Shown piece by piece: positions 9,386 to 18,656 of a stretch of 64,000 bases of DNA; the first letter of the stretch is position 1; every line of letters starts with the position of its first letter. The position numbers were made by a program, and so were the translations under genes. The notes under the pieces are model-generated. The model made no database searches, had not been told where the DNA came from, and worked only from the letters and a program-made list of their open reading frames with translations. This DNA is from Treponemataceae bacterium (lineage in GTDB: Bacteria > Spirochaetota > Spirochaetia > Treponematales > Rectinemataceae), in assembly GCA_963667725.2 (NCBI GenBank), contig CAXXHO010000003.1:1824001-1888000 (forward strand). Reading direction: 5' to 3'.

Positions 9386-10930
9386 TCACTCGCCTTGCAT
9401 GGCGACGACAGGCCGTATCCGCAGCGCTATGGCGATGGGGTACAGCGACGAGAGGATGCTCATGCCGAATATCCATAGAAAGGCCTGCAGGGCGGCTCCC
9501 GCGGAAATGGAGGGCACCAGTTTTTTCCCCGCGAATATGGCCTCGAAAAAAAGGTTGGGCGCCTCTATGCCTGAACGGCGCAATACCATCAGCGCGAGGT
9601 AGCCGAGGAAGACCCCGGCGAGGCCGGCTATGATCGCGAGAAAACTTGTCTCGAGGAGAATCATCCTGCGGATGAAGCGTTTTTTCGCGCCCAGTGCGCG
9701 CAGGGTGCCTATCTCCGGCACCCGCTCGCTGATCGATACGACGAGGACGTTCATGGTGATCATGATGACGATGACGGCCACGATGGAGACCATGAGGTCG
9801 AAGACGAGACGGATGGTCACTGCTGTCCGCGCCACCGTTCCCGCTCCGGCCACCCAGTCCTGGACATGGGCGCCCTGGTCCAGCCCCGCGACGAAGGCCT
9901 TGAGCCCGTCCATGAAACGAGTGGCGTTCGCGCCCGAGCCAAGCCTGATGAGGATGAACTGCCAGGCGGGCTCGGGGGAAGCGGAGAGCGCGGCTTCTCC
10001 GGGAACGGCCATTTCAGCCGCGGCATCTTTAGCCGCGACGTCTTTAGCTACAGCGTCTTTAGCCTCGAGGGCGCTCAGGAAGGGATCGACGAAGCCGCTT
10101 CCCTCCGAGACGATGCCCACTTTCCCGGGATCGGCGATGACATCGGCCCCTGCCTCATCGCCGAAAAGCGCCTCGGGATCGAAGGCTTCGACGAATTCAG
10201 CCTGTTTCTCAGTGAGGACGATCTGGCCGTCGCGCAGACTCGCGAAGCCAAGAAGGTCGCGCATCGTGTCGGCATCGACGAGGGAAATCTTCGCCAGTTC
10301 CTGGCTGCTCTGGTTGAACTTGACGACGCCCGCGACTTCCACTTCCCTGATGACCGTGCCGGCGGTGTCGCCCAGGGCGCTCAGGACGATCTTTTCGCCC
10401 GCGCCGATATTCTTGCCTGCCGCCTTCGAAAGCATCTGGGCCGACATTTCGGATATGATGATCCAGGCTTGATCCCCGCCCGATGGCCATTGGCCTTCCA
10501 CGAGGCTGATGTTGCCCGAAAAGAAATTCCTGTAATCGGCGATGTCCACGCCGAAAGCCGAGCCTTGGCCGATAACCTGTTCGCCCAAGCCCATGGCCAC
10601 CTGTCCGCTCAGCATAGGAAGGGTCGCCGCGACATTCCTGTCGGCGGACAATCGCTCTGAGTAGCTCGAAAAGGCCGCGATATGGGGGAGGACCTCCTCC
10701 CCGCCGGCGGTTTCGCCGAAAATAGTCGTCGGAAAGCTCGTGGGTCCCGTCACCATGACGTCGCCCGTATAGCCCTCCACGAACATCTTTTTCAAGCCGC
10801 CGATCGCCGTATCGATGAGGGAATTCCCGACGAAGAGCACGGCAATCCCGAGGCACATGATCGTGCCCAGGAGGACGCTCTTCGCCTTGTGCAGGAAAAG
10901 ATTGCCGTAGGCCATTCGAAATAGGATCAT
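9386..10930 (-). CDS. FtsX/LolC-like ABC permease
   Basis: ERVPEIGTLRALGA; C-terminal PVVAM; large periplasmic domain. Confidence 0.88.
   Translation of the reverse strand: MILFRMAYGNLFLHKAKSVLLGTIMCLGIAVLFVGNSLIDTAIGGLKKMFVEGYTGDVMVTGPTSFPTTIFGETAGGEEVLPHIAAFSSYSERLSADRNVAATLPMLSGQVAMGLGEQVIGQGSAFGVDIADYRNFFSGNISLVEGQWPSGGDQAWIIISEMSAQMLSKAAGKNIGAGEKIVLSALGDTAGTVIREVEVAGVVKFNQSSQELAKISLVDADTMRDLLGFASLRDGQIVLTEKQAEFVEAFDPEALFGDEAGADVIADPGKVGIVSEGSGFVDPFLSALEAKDAVAKDVAAKDAAAEMAVPGEAALSASPEPAWQFILIRLGSGANATRFMDGLKAFVAGLDQGAHVQDWVAGAGTVARTAVTIRLVFDLMVSIVAVIVIMITMNVLVVSISERVPEIGTLRALGAKKRFIRRMILLETSFLAIIAGLAGVFLGYLALMVLRRSGIEAPNLFFEAIFAGKKLVPSISAGAALQAFLWIFGMSILSSLYPIAIALRIRPVVAMQGE
10023..10067. 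repeat. Imperfect in-frame 15-bp x3 tandem repeat (AKDAV/AKDVA/AKDAA)
   Basis: gcatctttagccgcg-acgtctttagctaca-gcgtctttagcctcg within the permease periplasmic loop. Confidence 0.7.
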
Positions 10931-11655
10931 GAAGACGCCTTTTCTTCGGCCCGATAATTCTCGACGATCTTTCCGTCCTTGAGCCGTATGACATGGTCGG
11001 CTATGTCGACGATGCCCTGGTCGTGGGTACTGAATATGAAGGTCGTCCCGAACTCGCGGTTCATGCGCTTCATCAGGGCGAGAATGCTCTCGCCCGTCGC
11101 CGAATCGAGGTTGGCGGTCGGCTCGTCGGCAAGGACTATGGGCGGCCTCATGACGAGGGCCCGGGCTATGGCGATCCTCTGGCGCTGGCCGCCGGAGAGC
11201 TCGGCCGGTTTATGCTTCATCCTGTCGGCGAGCCCCACGCTCTCGATGAGATGATCCACCCACTCCTGCCTCTCGTTTTTAGGCATATCGAGGTCGGAAC
11301 CGTCGAGGAGGGCCGGAAGCTCGACGTTTTCTCGTATATTGAGGACGGGAATGAGGTTGAAGGTCTGGAAAATGAAGCCGATGCCCTTATGACGCAGCGC
11401 GGTGAGTTTCTCATCGCCGAGGCTGTCGGTGCGCTGGCCGAGGATGGTTACGCTGCCCGAAGTGGCTGTGTCGACGCAGCCGATGAGATTCAGCACCGTG
11501 GTTTTTCCCGAACCGGAGGGGCCGGCTATCGATATGAAATCGCCCTTGAGAATATCGAAGCTCACGCCCTGCAGGGCGAGGACTTCGGTTTTTCCCAGGG
11601 CATAGCTTTTATGAACATCGTTGAGCCGCACGACATACTGATTTTGTCCGTCCAC
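10927..11655 (-). CDS. LolD/MacB-like ABC ATP-binding protein
   Basis: GPSGSGKT, LSGGQRQR, DEPTANLD, STHD. Confidence 0.95.
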   Translation of the reverse strand: MDGQNQYVVRLNDVHKSYALGKTEVLALQGVSFDILKGDFISIAGPSGSGKTTVLNLIGCVDTATSGSVTILGQRTDSLGDEKLTALRHKGIGFIFQTFNLIPVLNIRENVELPALLDGSDLDMPKNERQEWVDHLIESVGLADRMKHKPAELSGGQRQRIAIARALVMRPPIVLADEPTANLDSATGESILALMKRMNREFGTTFIFSTHDQGIVDIADHVIRLKDGKIVENYRAEEKASS

Positions 11656-11862
11656 ACATTCCTCCAGGCCATTTAAAAAAAACGAAGCCTTACGATCAGA
11701 TAGAGCGTATACCGACCGCGCCTTTTATTCCATGAAACATTTATTAAAAAATATAACAACGTCGCGCCGCGGTGGCCCTAGCCGCTCGCCGGCGCCACTG
11801 CCTGCCGAAGCGCCTCAGGTGACTTTCATTAAAAGCGTTTATTCCTATATACTATTGCCATT

Positions 11863-13320
11863 ATGGCATATGAAAACTTGCAGGAGTTTGTCTCGGCCCT
11901 CGAATCGGCGGGCGAGCTGAGGCGCGTGAAGGTCGAGGTCGACCCCATCCTCGAGATAACGGAAATCGCCGACAGGGTGATGCGCGACGGCGGCCCGGCC
12001 CTCCTTTTCGAAAAGGTGAAAGGATCGGAATGGCCCCTCCTCATCAACGCGATGGGATCGGAATCGCGGATGGCCATGGCCCTTGGCGCCGAAAGCCTCG
12101 ACGCCAAGTCCAAGGAAATCGAAGACCTTCTCATTTGGGCCTGGAAGCAAGTCCGCGGCTTCTCCCTTTTCACCGCCATTCCCGGCGCTCTTCCCAAGCT
12201 CCCCATAGCGAAATCCCTCCTGCCCAAAAAGGTCAGCCACCCCCTGTGCAGGCAGGTTATCGACGACGAGGCGGGCTTCGACAGCCTCCCCGTCCTCAAG
12301 TGCTGGCCGGGAGACGGAGGGCGCTTCTTCACCCTGCCCGTCGTCTGCACGATGGACCCGGAAATGGGCGCCCAGAACTGGGGCATGTACAGAATGCAGG
12401 TCTACGACGACAGGACGGCGGGAATGCACTGGCACCTCCACAAGGACGGTGCGCATTTCTTCGAGAAATATCGGGCTCGCAAAGAGAGGATGCCGGTCGC
12501 GGTGACGCTGGGCTCGGATCCCGCTGTCACCTATTCCTCGACAGCCCCCTTGCCCGAAGGCATATGGGAGGCCATGTTCGCCGGCTTCCTGCGCGGTAAG
12601 AGCTGTGAGGTGACGAAGGCGAGCCTCTCGGACATACAGATTCCCGCCGACGCGGAATTCGTGCTGGAAGGGTACGTGGACCCGGAGGAGACGAGGCTCG
12701 AAGGCCCCTTCGGCGACCATACGGGCTTCTACTCCCTGCCGGACCAGTACCCCGTCTTCCACCTGGAACGCATAACGCGCAGGAAAAACCCGATATTCCC
12801 CGCCACTATCGTCGGCATCCCTCCCAAGGAAGACTGCTACATGGCGAAGGCCACGGAGCGGCTTTTCCTCCCCCTATTAAGGCAGCTCTGCCCCGAAATC
12901 ACCGATTTCACGATGCCCCTCGAGGGCGTCTTCCACAACTGCGTCATCGTCTCGATAAAGAAACGTTTCCCCGGCCATGCCCGCAAGGTCATGGATTTCA
13001 TCTGGGGAATGGGCCAGATGATGTACACGAAGCTCATCGTCGTCGTCGACGACGACATCAGCCTGAAAAATCTCTCCCTCGTCGCGTGGAAGGTTTTCAA
13101 CAACATCGACGCGGGGCGCGACCTGGTGCTTTCTCAGGGCCCATTGGACGCCCTCGACCATTCCTCGCCCCAGCCCCGCTTCGGCACGCGCCTCGGCGTC
13201 GACGCCACGAAAAAGTGGCCCGAGGAAGGCCACGTCAGGGAATGGCCTGAACCCCTCGCCATGAGCCCGGACATCGTCCAGCGCGTCGACGCCCGGTGGA
13301 AAGACTATGGCATCGACTGA
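11863..13320 (+). CDS. UbiD-family prFMN decarboxylase (menaquinone/futalosine MqnL type)
   Basis: GPALLFE, NWGMYRMQ, HWHLHKDG, EGPFGDHTG, GPLDALDHS, DATKKW. Confidence 0.9.
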   Translation: MAYENLQEFVSALESAGELRRVKVEVDPILEITEIADRVMRDGGPALLFEKVKGSEWPLLINAMGSESRMAMALGAESLDAKSKEIEDLLIWAWKQVRGFSLFTAIPGALPKLPIAKSLLPKKVSHPLCRQVIDDEAGFDSLPVLKCWPGDGGRFFTLPVVCTMDPEMGAQNWGMYRMQVYDDRTAGMHWHLHKDGAHFFEKYRARKERMPVAVTLGSDPAVTYSSTAPLPEGIWEAMFAGFLRGKSCEVTKASLSDIQIPADAEFVLEGYVDPEETRLEGPFGDHTGFYSLPDQYPVFHLERITRRKNPIFPATIVGIPPKEDCYMAKATERLFLPLLRQLCPEITDFTMPLEGVFHNCVIVSIKKRFPGHARKVMDFIWGMGQMMYTKLIVVVDDDISLKNLSLVAWKVFNNIDAGRDLVLSQGPLDALDHSSPQPRFGTRLGVDATKKWPEEGHVREWPEPLAMSPDIVQRVDARWKDYGID

Positions 13321-14242
13321 CCCCTCAGCCGGCGGCCAAGGCGGTGGCTCAGGTAGCGCCCCGGACCAGCGGCGAGCCGACGGGCTAGGCCGCCGGCTCG
13401 CCCTCGTGGGCGACGCGGTCATGATACGGCACACCTTGTTTTCGCTTCCCTTCGCGGTCACGGCCGTCCTGCTCGAGACAAGTGGCCGCCCCCCCGCGGC
13501 CAAACTCTTCTGGATCGTCGTCGCCGCCTTCGGGGCGAGGAACGCCGCCAACGCCCTCAACAGGCTCGTCGATCACCGAATCGACGCCAAAAACCCGCGG
13601 ACCGCCGGCCGGCACCTTCCCAGGGGGACGCTCTCCAGGAAGGAACTCTGGGTTTTCACCGCGGCCATGCTGGCCCTCCTCGTCCTCGGGGCGGCCATGC
13701 TCAACCCCCTCTGCCTCGCCCTCCTTCCCGCCGCTGGTTTCCTCGTAGCGGGCTATTCCTATACCAAACGTTTCACCTGGCTCTGCCATTTCTGGCTGGG
13801 CCTGACCTGTTCGGCCGCCACGATGGGCGCCTTCCTGGGCGTTTCGGGAGCCTTTCACTTCCGCTACTTTCCCCTCGTGGCCGGCGTTGCCCTCTGGGTG
13901 GCCGGTTTCGATATCCTCTACGCCGTACAGGACATCGAGTTCGATCGCGGCGAAAAGCTCCGCTCGGTCCCCGCCCGTTTCGGCGAGAAAGGCGCGCGGA
14001 TCATCGCCGCCGGATGCCATCTCCTCGCCGCGCTCGGATTGGCCAGCGTCCTCCTCTTCTGGCCGGCCGCCGGCGCCGTTACGGTCGTCACCCTCCTCGC
14101 CTGCGCCTCCCTCCTCGCGGCCGAACACGTCATCGCGTTGGGCGGCACGGAAAAGCACGTGAAAATAGCCGCCTATGGAATCAACGAGATAATACCGCTT
14201 CTCTTTCTCTTCGGTGTTGCCCTCGATATATATCTGATATAG
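13307..14242 (+). CDS. UbiA-family polyprenyltransferase (MqnP type)
   Basis: HTLFSLPFA, NRLVDHRIDAKNPRTAGR, YSYTKRFT, GFDILYAVQDIEFD. Confidence 0.9.
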   Translation: MASTDPSAGGQGGGSGSAPDQRRADGLGRRLALVGDAVMIRHTLFSLPFAVTAVLLETSGRPPAAKLFWIVVAAFGARNAANALNRLVDHRIDAKNPRTAGRHLPRGTLSRKELWVFTAAMLALLVLGAAMLNPLCLALLPAAGFLVAGYSYTKRFTWLCHFWLGLTCSAATMGAFLGVSGAFHFRYFPLVAGVALWVAGFDILYAVQDIEFDRGEKLRSVPARFGEKGARIIAAGCHLLAALGLASVLLFWPAAGAVTVVTLLACASLLAAEHVIALGGTEKHVKIAAYGINEIIPLLFLFGVALDIYLI

Positions 14243-14253
14243 ACTAGATCCAG

Positions 14254-14853
14254 ATGGAACGTTATCTCGTCTGCATCACCGGAGCCTCTGGTGCGCTGTA
14301 TTCCCTCCGCCTCATCGCCGCCCTGGCGGCGAAAGGCGTCATTCTCCATCTGACCTGTTCTCCCTGGGGAGCGCGCGTCATCCTCGAGGAGACGGAACGG
14401 CCCCTCGGCTACTGGCTCGGCAAAATCAGGGCATCGGGCGGCCCCGGCAGAACGCCCGCCATCATCAAGCTTCATCCCTCCGACGACTTTTCCTCCCCCG
14501 TGGCATCAGGATCCTTCAGATTGAACGGCACGGTGATCCTCCCCTGCTCGACGGGCACCCTCGGCAGCATAGCCTCGGGCGTATCGGCCAATCTGATCCA
14601 TCGCGCGGGCAGCGTCGCGCTCAAGGAAGGCTGGCCTCTCATACTCGTCCCCCGGGAAACACCGCTCTCCCTCGTCACCATGAAAGCCTTCGTTTCCCTC
14701 AAGGAAGCGGGAGCTGTCATCATGCCCGCCTGTCCCAGCTTCTACAGCAAGCCTCAGTCGATTGAACAGCTGGCCGACACTGTGATAAACAGAATCATGG
14801 ATCGTCTCGGCGTTCCCGACGAAGGCGCGTATCGATGGAACGAGGCATTCTGA
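14254..14853 (+). CDS. ubiX: UbiX flavin prenyltransferase
   Basis: ITGASG, ASGS, PCS, NLIHRA..V.LKE, PRETP, FYSKP. Confidence 0.92.
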   Translation: MERYLVCITGASGALYSLRLIAALAAKGVILHLTCSPWGARVILEETERPLGYWLGKIRASGGPGRTPAIIKLHPSDDFSSPVASGSFRLNGTVILPCSTGTLGSIASGVSANLIHRAGSVALKEGWPLILVPRETPLSLVTMKAFVSLKEAGAVIMPACPSFYSKPQSIEQLADTVINRIMDRLGVPDEGAYRWNEAF

Positions 14854-14867
14854 AAGGAGCTTCCATA

Positions 14868-15821
14868 ATGACAATGAAAAAATTCGCATTTCTTGCGGCA
14901 GCCTTCCTGCTGCTCGCGGGGCTATCCGCGGCTAAAATGGAGGCGCAGGCGCAGACTTCGTCGGGCAAAAACGCCCTCAAGCTCGGAATTTTCGCCGATG
15001 CCGACTCCCTTCCCTTCATGCTCTGCGAAACCGAGGATCTCTTCGCCCAGGAAGGCGTCGATGTGCGGCTTATCCGCTTCCAGAGCGCCGTCGAACGCGA
15101 TTCGGCCTTTCAGGCGGGATCCGTAGACGGTGTCATCTCGGACCTCCTCGCCGTGATGCTTTCGGTTCAGGGCGGCTTTCCCGTCCAGATCACCAGCCTC
15201 ACCGACGGAAGGTATGGAATAGCCGTAGCCCCGGGCCTCGCCGCGAACAGTCTCGCCGACCTCGCGGGAAAACCCATCGGCATATCCAGCAACTCCGTCA
15301 TCCATTATATGGTGGACAGTTTCATGGCAGCGGCCGGAGTCCCCGCCGCTGAGATAAATCTGATGCCGGTGCCTAAAATGCCCGTCCGCCTCGAAATGGT
15401 CCTGGCGGGACAGACCGCCGGCGCCGGCATGCCCGAACCCTTCCTGACGACGGCCAGAGTGCGCGGGGCCAAAATCATCGCCACTACCGACGACTACGGA
15501 CTCGGCGCGGGCATCCTCGCCTTTTCAAGGAGCGCCCTGGCATCCAAGCAGGGGGAGATCGCAAAACTCTACAGGGCTTACTGGAAAGCGGCCCAGAAAA
15601 TCAACGCCGACCCCGACGCGTACCGCCCGCTCCTGGTAAAGAAGGCGGGATTTTCGGAGGAAGCCGCCAAGGCCTTTATTTTCGTGGTATACAAGAAACC
15701 CCGTCTTCCCTCCATGGGAGATCTGGAGCGCGCCTCCTCCTGGCTGACGGCCAAGGGTCTTCTAAAGAAGACAATCGATCCAGCTTCGCTCCTGGACAAG
15801 CGCCCCATCGAAGGATTCTGA
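14868..15821 (+). CDS. NitT/TauT (SsuA/THI5-like) ABC substrate-binding protein
   Basis: Signal peptide; DSLPF, FQSAVERDSA, PEPF; RBS AAGGAG. Confidence 0.82.
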   Translation: MTMKKFAFLAAAFLLLAGLSAAKMEAQAQTSSGKNALKLGIFADADSLPFMLCETEDLFAQEGVDVRLIRFQSAVERDSAFQAGSVDGVISDLLAVMLSVQGGFPVQITSLTDGRYGIAVAPGLAANSLADLAGKPIGISSNSVIHYMVDSFMAAAGVPAAEINLMPVPKMPVRLEMVLAGQTAGAGMPEPFLTTARVRGAKIIATTDDYGLGAGILAFSRSALASKQGEIAKLYRAYWKAAQKINADPDAYRPLLVKKAGFSEEAAKAFIFVVYKKPRLPSMGDLERASSWLTAKGLLKKTIDPASLLDKRPIEGF

Positions 15822-15830
15822 CCGCGACCT

Positions 15831-17531
15831 ATGATGAACTACCCCATGGTCAAGCTCGATAAAGTCTCGTTTTCCTATCGACTCAAGGAGAGAGCCCTCC
15901 CCGTCCTGTCGGATATCAGCGTGAATTTCGAGCGCGGCTCCATAACAGCCATCGTCGGCCGCTCAGGCTGCGGCAAGACAAGCCTCCTGCGCATCATCGC
16001 CGGGCTTTCTTCCCCTACCGAGGGCTGGGTGTCAGTGGGCGGCGAGGCGGGCGGCTCGATCAGGGCCAAGACAGCCCTCATATTTCAGGACTACGGGCTT
16101 CTTCCCTGGGCAAGCGTCCAGGCCAACGCAGAGCTAGGTCTGAGAACGAGGGGAATGAGCGCGGCCGAACGCAGATCCAGGGTGAACCCCATCCTCGCCG
16201 AGCTAGGCCTCGAACCTTTTGCCAGGCTTTATCCCGCGAGACTTTCGGGCGGAATGCGCCAGCGCGTCGCCGTGGCGCGCGCCCTCGCGTCGGACAGCGA
16301 TCTTCTCCTCTTGGATGAGCCATTTTCAAGCCTCGACGCCCTCACAAGGGAATCCCTGCAGGAAACCCTTCTCGAAACCCAGCGCAGGCATGGCACCACG
16401 GTAATTCTCGTCACGCACTCCATCGAGGAAGCGGCCTATCTGGCCGACACCATCTATATCCTGGACGGAAAGAATCCCTCCACCCTCTCGGCCCGCTTCG
16501 ATACGGACCGAAGAAGGATCGCCGTCCCGGCCGCCCTCCCCGCCCTCCCCTCCGGAATCGCTCCAGAAAGTCCCAACGCGTCCCCCGCGGGCTCGAATCC
16601 GACATCCGTGAAATCCCCGGCACAGGACGCGGCGGCAACCTCCTACAGGGAAAGCAGCCATTACTTTTCGAATGTGGCGACGCTCCGCCATCTCTTCGCC
16701 CATCCCCCCGGCGGAGCGGGGAAGACGGAGAACGAAATCCCGGAAGATGGTTCGCCGTCCCCCGCCCATGTCCGGGCGATCGGCTTTATGATGAGGCTCG
16801 GCAAGATCGCCCTGGCGGCTTCGGCGATCGCCCTTCTTTGGGCCGGCCTTTCCTTCATCCTCAAGAAACCCTTCCTGCCCTCTCCCGCCTTAGCGGCCAG
16901 CCGTTTCGGCGAAAAAATAGCCGACGGAACGCTTTTCGTCCACATCGGCGCGTCGCTGAGACGTATTTTCCTTGCCCTGATCGTCGCCGGCCCTCCCGCC
17001 TGGGCGCTCGGCCTGCTTTCGGGGCGCGTAAAGGCGGCGGACACGATAGCCTCGCCCCTCGTCTACCTTCTCCACCCCCTGCCTAAAGTGGCTTTCCTGC
17101 CGATATTGATGCTGTTCTTCGGCCTGGGGGACGCCTCGAAGGTCGCGCTCATGGGAATGGTGATCTTCGGTCAGCTTTTCGTCGGAGGAAGGGATTCGGC
17201 CAAGGCCATATCCTCCTCGCTCATCGACACGGTCCGCTCATTGGGCGTCCGCGGAGGAGGAATCCTGCGCTATGCCATCCTGCCCGCCACCCTTCCATCC
17301 CTTCTTTCGTCGCTGAGGATAAGCCTAGGCACGGCCATAGCCGTGCTTTTCCTGTCCGAAACCTTCGCGTCGATGGACGGCCTCGGCTGGTACATCATGG
17401 ATTCATGGTCCCGAGTGGACTATCCCGACATGTACGCGGCCATCATCGCCCTCTCCCTCGTCGGCCTCGTACTCTACCTCGCCCTGGACGCCCTCGAAAT
17501 CCTCGCCCTCCGCTGGCGCGAAACCGATTGA
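15831..17531 (+). CDS. Fused NitT/TauT ABC ATPase + permease
   Basis: N-terminal GRSGCGKT, LSGGMRQR, LLDEPF, VTH; Pro/Ala/Ser linker; C-terminal LPSP, PLPKVAFLP, GLGWYI permease motifs, all in one frame. Confidence 0.88.
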   Translation: MMNYPMVKLDKVSFSYRLKERALPVLSDISVNFERGSITAIVGRSGCGKTSLLRIIAGLSSPTEGWVSVGGEAGGSIRAKTALIFQDYGLLPWASVQANAELGLRTRGMSAAERRSRVNPILAELGLEPFARLYPARLSGGMRQRVAVARALASDSDLLLLDEPFSSLDALTRESLQETLLETQRRHGTTVILVTHSIEEAAYLADTIYILDGKNPSTLSARFDTDRRRIAVPAALPALPSGIAPESPNASPAGSNPTSVKSPAQDAAATSYRESSHYFSNVATLRHLFAHPPGGAGKTENEIPEDGSPSPAHVRAIGFMMRLGKIALAASAIALLWAGLSFILKKPFLPSPALAASRFGEKIADGTLFVHIGASLRRIFLALIVAGPPAWALGLLSGRVKAADTIASPLVYLLHPLPKVAFLPILMLFFGLGDASKVALMGMVIFGQLFVGGRDSAKAISSSLIDTVRSLGVRGGGILRYAILPATLPSLLSSLRISLGTAIAVLFLSETFASMDGLGWYIMDSWSRVDYPDMYAAIIALSLVGLVLYLALDALEILALRWRETD

Positions 17532-17537
17532 GACTTT

Positions 17538-18641
17538 CTACTCAGCCGCCTCGGGTAGCACGCGCACGAGCGACTCGTTGAAACCGATCGACACGGACTC
17601 GCCTTCGCCGGCTATGCGCTTTTCGGCCGGATCGTCGACCTGCACGAGGATTTCCCCGTACTGCGTCTTCACGAAGACCTCCACGCTCGACCCCAGATAG
17701 ACCCGCGCCGAAACCGTCCCCTCGGCCAAGCCCTGCCCCGGGCTGTGGAGACGCAGCGATTCTGGCCTCGCCATGATCACCGCCTTGTCCCCCGCCGCTA
17801 TCCCATCAGCCTTGTGCCCCGCCCTGACCTTTCTTCCGGCGAGAGAGCACTGACAGGAACCGTCCGCCTCGACAGCGTCCAACGTCACCGGGAAAAACGC
17901 CACCTTGCCCACGAATCCGGCCACGAAGACCGAATTGGGTTTCTCATAGATATCGCTGGGCGAGCCGATCTGCCTGACGAGGCCGTTTTTCATGACGATG
18001 ACCCTGTCCGAAAGACTCATGGCCTCGATCCTGTCGTGCGTGACGTAAATCGCCGTGATGCCGAGCGTTTTCTGGATTCTCCGGATCTCAATGCGCATCT
18101 GCTCGCGCAGGAGGGCATCCAGATTGGAAAGCGGCTCGTCGAGCAGCAGGACCTGGGGCTCCACGACAAGACATCGCGCGAGAGCGACGCGCTGCTGCTG
18201 GCCGCCCGAAAGCCGCCCCGGAGAGCGCTTGGCCAGGTCGGCCAGGCCCACGAGATCGAGGGCTTTCTTCACTCTTTCCTGGATTTCGGATGCCGGCCGC
18301 TTGCGGATCTTGAGCCCGTAGGCCACGTTTTCCTCGACATTGAAATGGGGGAAAAGTCCATAGGACTGAAAAACCGTCGCCGTCTCGCGGCCGTTGGGCG
18401 GCAGATAGGTGACGTCGTTGCCCCCGATGAGGATCTTGCCCTTGGTGGGCAGCTCGAAACCGCCGATCATGCGCAGAGTCGTCGTCTTTCCGCAGCCCGA
18501 GGGTCCGAGCAGCGTGACGAGCTCGCCGGGCTGGATTTCGAAGTTCGCGTCCCGGACGGCATGGACTTCCGCCTTGGTCTTGGGATCCCTGAAAGTCTTG
18601 GACACCATTTCGAGCGTAACAGGTACTGATTGTGCTGCCAT
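17538..18641 (-). CDS. ABC ATP-binding protein (AfuC/FbpC/PotA class) with TOBE domain
   Basis: GPSGCGKT, LSGGQQQR, LDEPLSNLD, YVTHD. Confidence 0.93.
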   Translation of the reverse strand: MAAQSVPVTLEMVSKTFRDPKTKAEVHAVRDANFEIQPGELVTLLGPSGCGKTTTLRMIGGFELPTKGKILIGGNDVTYLPPNGRETATVFQSYGLFPHFNVEENVAYGLKIRKRPASEIQERVKKALDLVGLADLAKRSPGRLSGGQQQRVALARCLVVEPQVLLLDEPLSNLDALLREQMRIEIRRIQKTLGITAIYVTHDRIEAMSLSDRVIVMKNGLVRQIGSPSDIYEKPNSVFVAGFVGKVAFFPVTLDAVEADGSCQCSLAGRKVRAGHKADGIAAGDKAVIMARPESLRLHSPGQGLAEGTVSARVYLGSSVEVFVKTQYGEILVQVDDPAEKRIAGEGESVSIGFNESLVRVLPEAAE

Positions 18642-18656
18642 TCTGAAATCCTTTCC

